From a bacterium (GTDB lineage: Bacteria; SAR324; NAC60-12), in assembly GCA_965233585.1 (NCBI GenBank), contig CBDDTI010000107.1, forward strand, positions 1 through 13,374: 13,374 nucleotides of DNA, given 5' to 3'. Each line of letters opens with the position of its first letter. The first letter of the stretch is position 1. The notes beneath the pieces are model-generated. The model was given only the letters and a program-made list of their open reading frames with translations, was not told the origin of the DNA and searched no databases. Positions 11,546 to 13,374 of the stretch are shown piece by piece. The position numbers and the translations under genes are program-made.

Positions 11546-13374
11546 GGTCGAAGAACAATCTTATCTTCTAAATCTACAACTATCAGTCCTACATCTCGCT
11601 GACACAAAATCGCTGCTCCAACGTCCTTCAGATAGCACATACTTCGAACGTCCGGTAAACCTGATTTGACGACTTCCAAACGAACAGGATTGTGAAGGTC
11701 AGCTTCTACAATACGCGAGGTTTGCTTCAAAGGATTAACGTCAATAAACAGAAGCTTTCCTTGCTTTCCAAAGGTTGTAGCCACAGGATGTGGGTACATA
11801 CCACTTTTGTTTGTTTCCGAAAACCGATACTTTTCAGGGACCATCTGGTGAACAACACAGTCTACTTCCCGTAATGTGTTTATGACACTTTCATTAGAGA
11901 GCCGTAAAATTGGGTGGACTGCCATTCGGTCTTTGTTTTGAACATCTTCTGCTCGCAATAGTTGCCGCAATGATTTTCGGACGTCAGGATTGTTGTCATC
12001 TCTAAGGGTCTGAATAACTGCTAGACAACTTCGCGCTTCCTTTAGCACAATAAACCAATTGCTGAAGCTGCATTTTAGGCTTTTTCCTACATGGACACCA
12101 TCAGGAAGGAAAACTAAATATTGTAAGGCTGGGTCAATGTGCTGATCTTCTTGCAGTTTAGCAATCAATTCCATTGCCTTTTTATTACCTTCCTCGCAGT
12201 TGGTGGAAAGTATTAAGACTATACAACGAATGCATTGTTCCCCGGCGTCAAGACATCGCTTACAAGCCCTGAGGCTTGGTATGTGGCTAGGCTGCTTTTG
12301 CTCAGCACACTCTGGGAATGGTTTGCCGCTATTTAAACACACCCTACACGAGCTCATACAATCGTCAACCGCACAGGGCGGTACTGTGTTGTCGTCAGAA
12401 CGAACCATCTCAAGGCAGGCTTTACAAATTTGAAGGACTTTTGTTTGTTCAAAAAAAAATCGTTCATTTCTTCTCCTGTCTTCCTCGATTTTGTAAAGTA
12501 GCTAGTTGCTATGGGCATACTCACACCATTACAAAGGGAAGTAACAAAGGAAACATTGGCTTCAGTCAGGATGTTTGCCTTCAAAAACTCCGGAGTCGGA
12601 TTCGGGTTGTCTTTAACGAATTTTAGATCTACATCTTGCTTCAGTCCAACATTTTTCTTGACTCGATCATCAAATTGAATTCCCGGCTTAAGGGCTGTGC
12701 CATCATTTTCCAGGGCTACTCCAATTACCTTTACAGAGTCTGTTTCGAGAAAGGGCTGAACGTTTGACGTTTCGTCGGTCGCAAGTGTCATAAAAGCAAG
12801 TTGTAAATCTTTAAGAACACCGCTTTTGGTTGTGTAGCCTCCTCTCACTTTATCGCGTGTGCGTTTTGAAGGGCCCCCGAGATTAAATGCTGCATCTTTA
12901 GCATTTTTTTCTCCTCCTCTACCTTTGCCATGATACATGGACCTCGTAGGAAGTTCACAGTTCTCCCTCCTCCTAAATACTCGATTGTGTTGAAAAACTC
13001 AATTACTTCATGGTCATATTCGTGGTCATACTTAATAAGAACTTCAACCGTGTCCTTTAAGTATTTGTACATAATTTTGTCCTTAGGAATTATTCCTGTT
13101 TGAATTAGTTTATCTAGTTTGATACACACATCATCAGCTGCTGCTAATGAGAGAGGAAAAATTTTCCAGTCACTGTCTTCAGGTTCGCTGACCTCAGACA
13201 TCTCATCATCCGTATTTTTTGCTGTTACTGATTCTCAGTCATAATCGTGATCTTGCTCATCGTTCATTATCGAATCTAATGAATGATCATCATCATTTAA
13301 GCAAGCAAATGCATCCTCGGTGTGGCTTTTAGGGCTCTAGTCGTCCCCTTCTGTGCTCAGTATCTTGAAGTCAT

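Larger units (their letters stand above)
9952..13374 (-). pseudogene. Disrupted P-element/THAP9-like DDE transposase carrying a Cys-rich insert, a SAP motif and NHL-type beta-propeller repeats; 5' end outside the window
   Basis: ORFs 12845-13201, 12354-12938 and 9952-12408 join through frameshifts at ~12939 and at the A9 run 12451-12459. The frame continues upstream as an acidic region with stops at 13235-13237 and 13337-13339. P-like motifs occur in the right order: VALENDGTALKPGIQFD..VG (D1, 12702-12704), EANVSFVTSL..SMPIATSYF, IVLILSTNCEEGN (D2 position, here N, 12199-12201), LVFLPDGVHVGKSLK (DxxH, 12091-12102), KDRMAV..ILRLSNESV, LTIQVENVHA (E, 10516-10518). Confidence 0.75.

Noticed and set aside
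9983..12626. Plus-strand ORFs overlapping the transposase-like frame
   Set aside because: Antisense shadows with no independent coding evidence.

Overview
AT-rich, repeat-dense eukaryotic genomic DNA. The style of the repeats suggests a cnidarian, probably a stony coral (inference from memory, not a database result). Positions 1-5550 are a patchwork of non-autonomous mobile elements and microsatellites. They include a complete type I hammerhead ribozyme (24-96) upstream of a (TA)n tract, three elements ending in long hairpins that share 2x2 TC/TC internal loops, and two Kolobok-like TIR elements joined head-to-head. An intact single-exon gene at 6449-8542 (minus) encodes an uncharacterised ~697-aa signal-peptide multipass membrane protein, with CRE and ETS motifs just upstream. 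From 9952 to the window end (minus) lies a disrupted reading frame whose three ORF pieces join into a P-element/THAP9-like DDE transposase. Unusually, it carries a Cys-rich insert and an NHL-type beta-propeller plus SAP motif inside the catalytic domain; this is the most novel-looking feature. Most short ORFs in the track are spurious.
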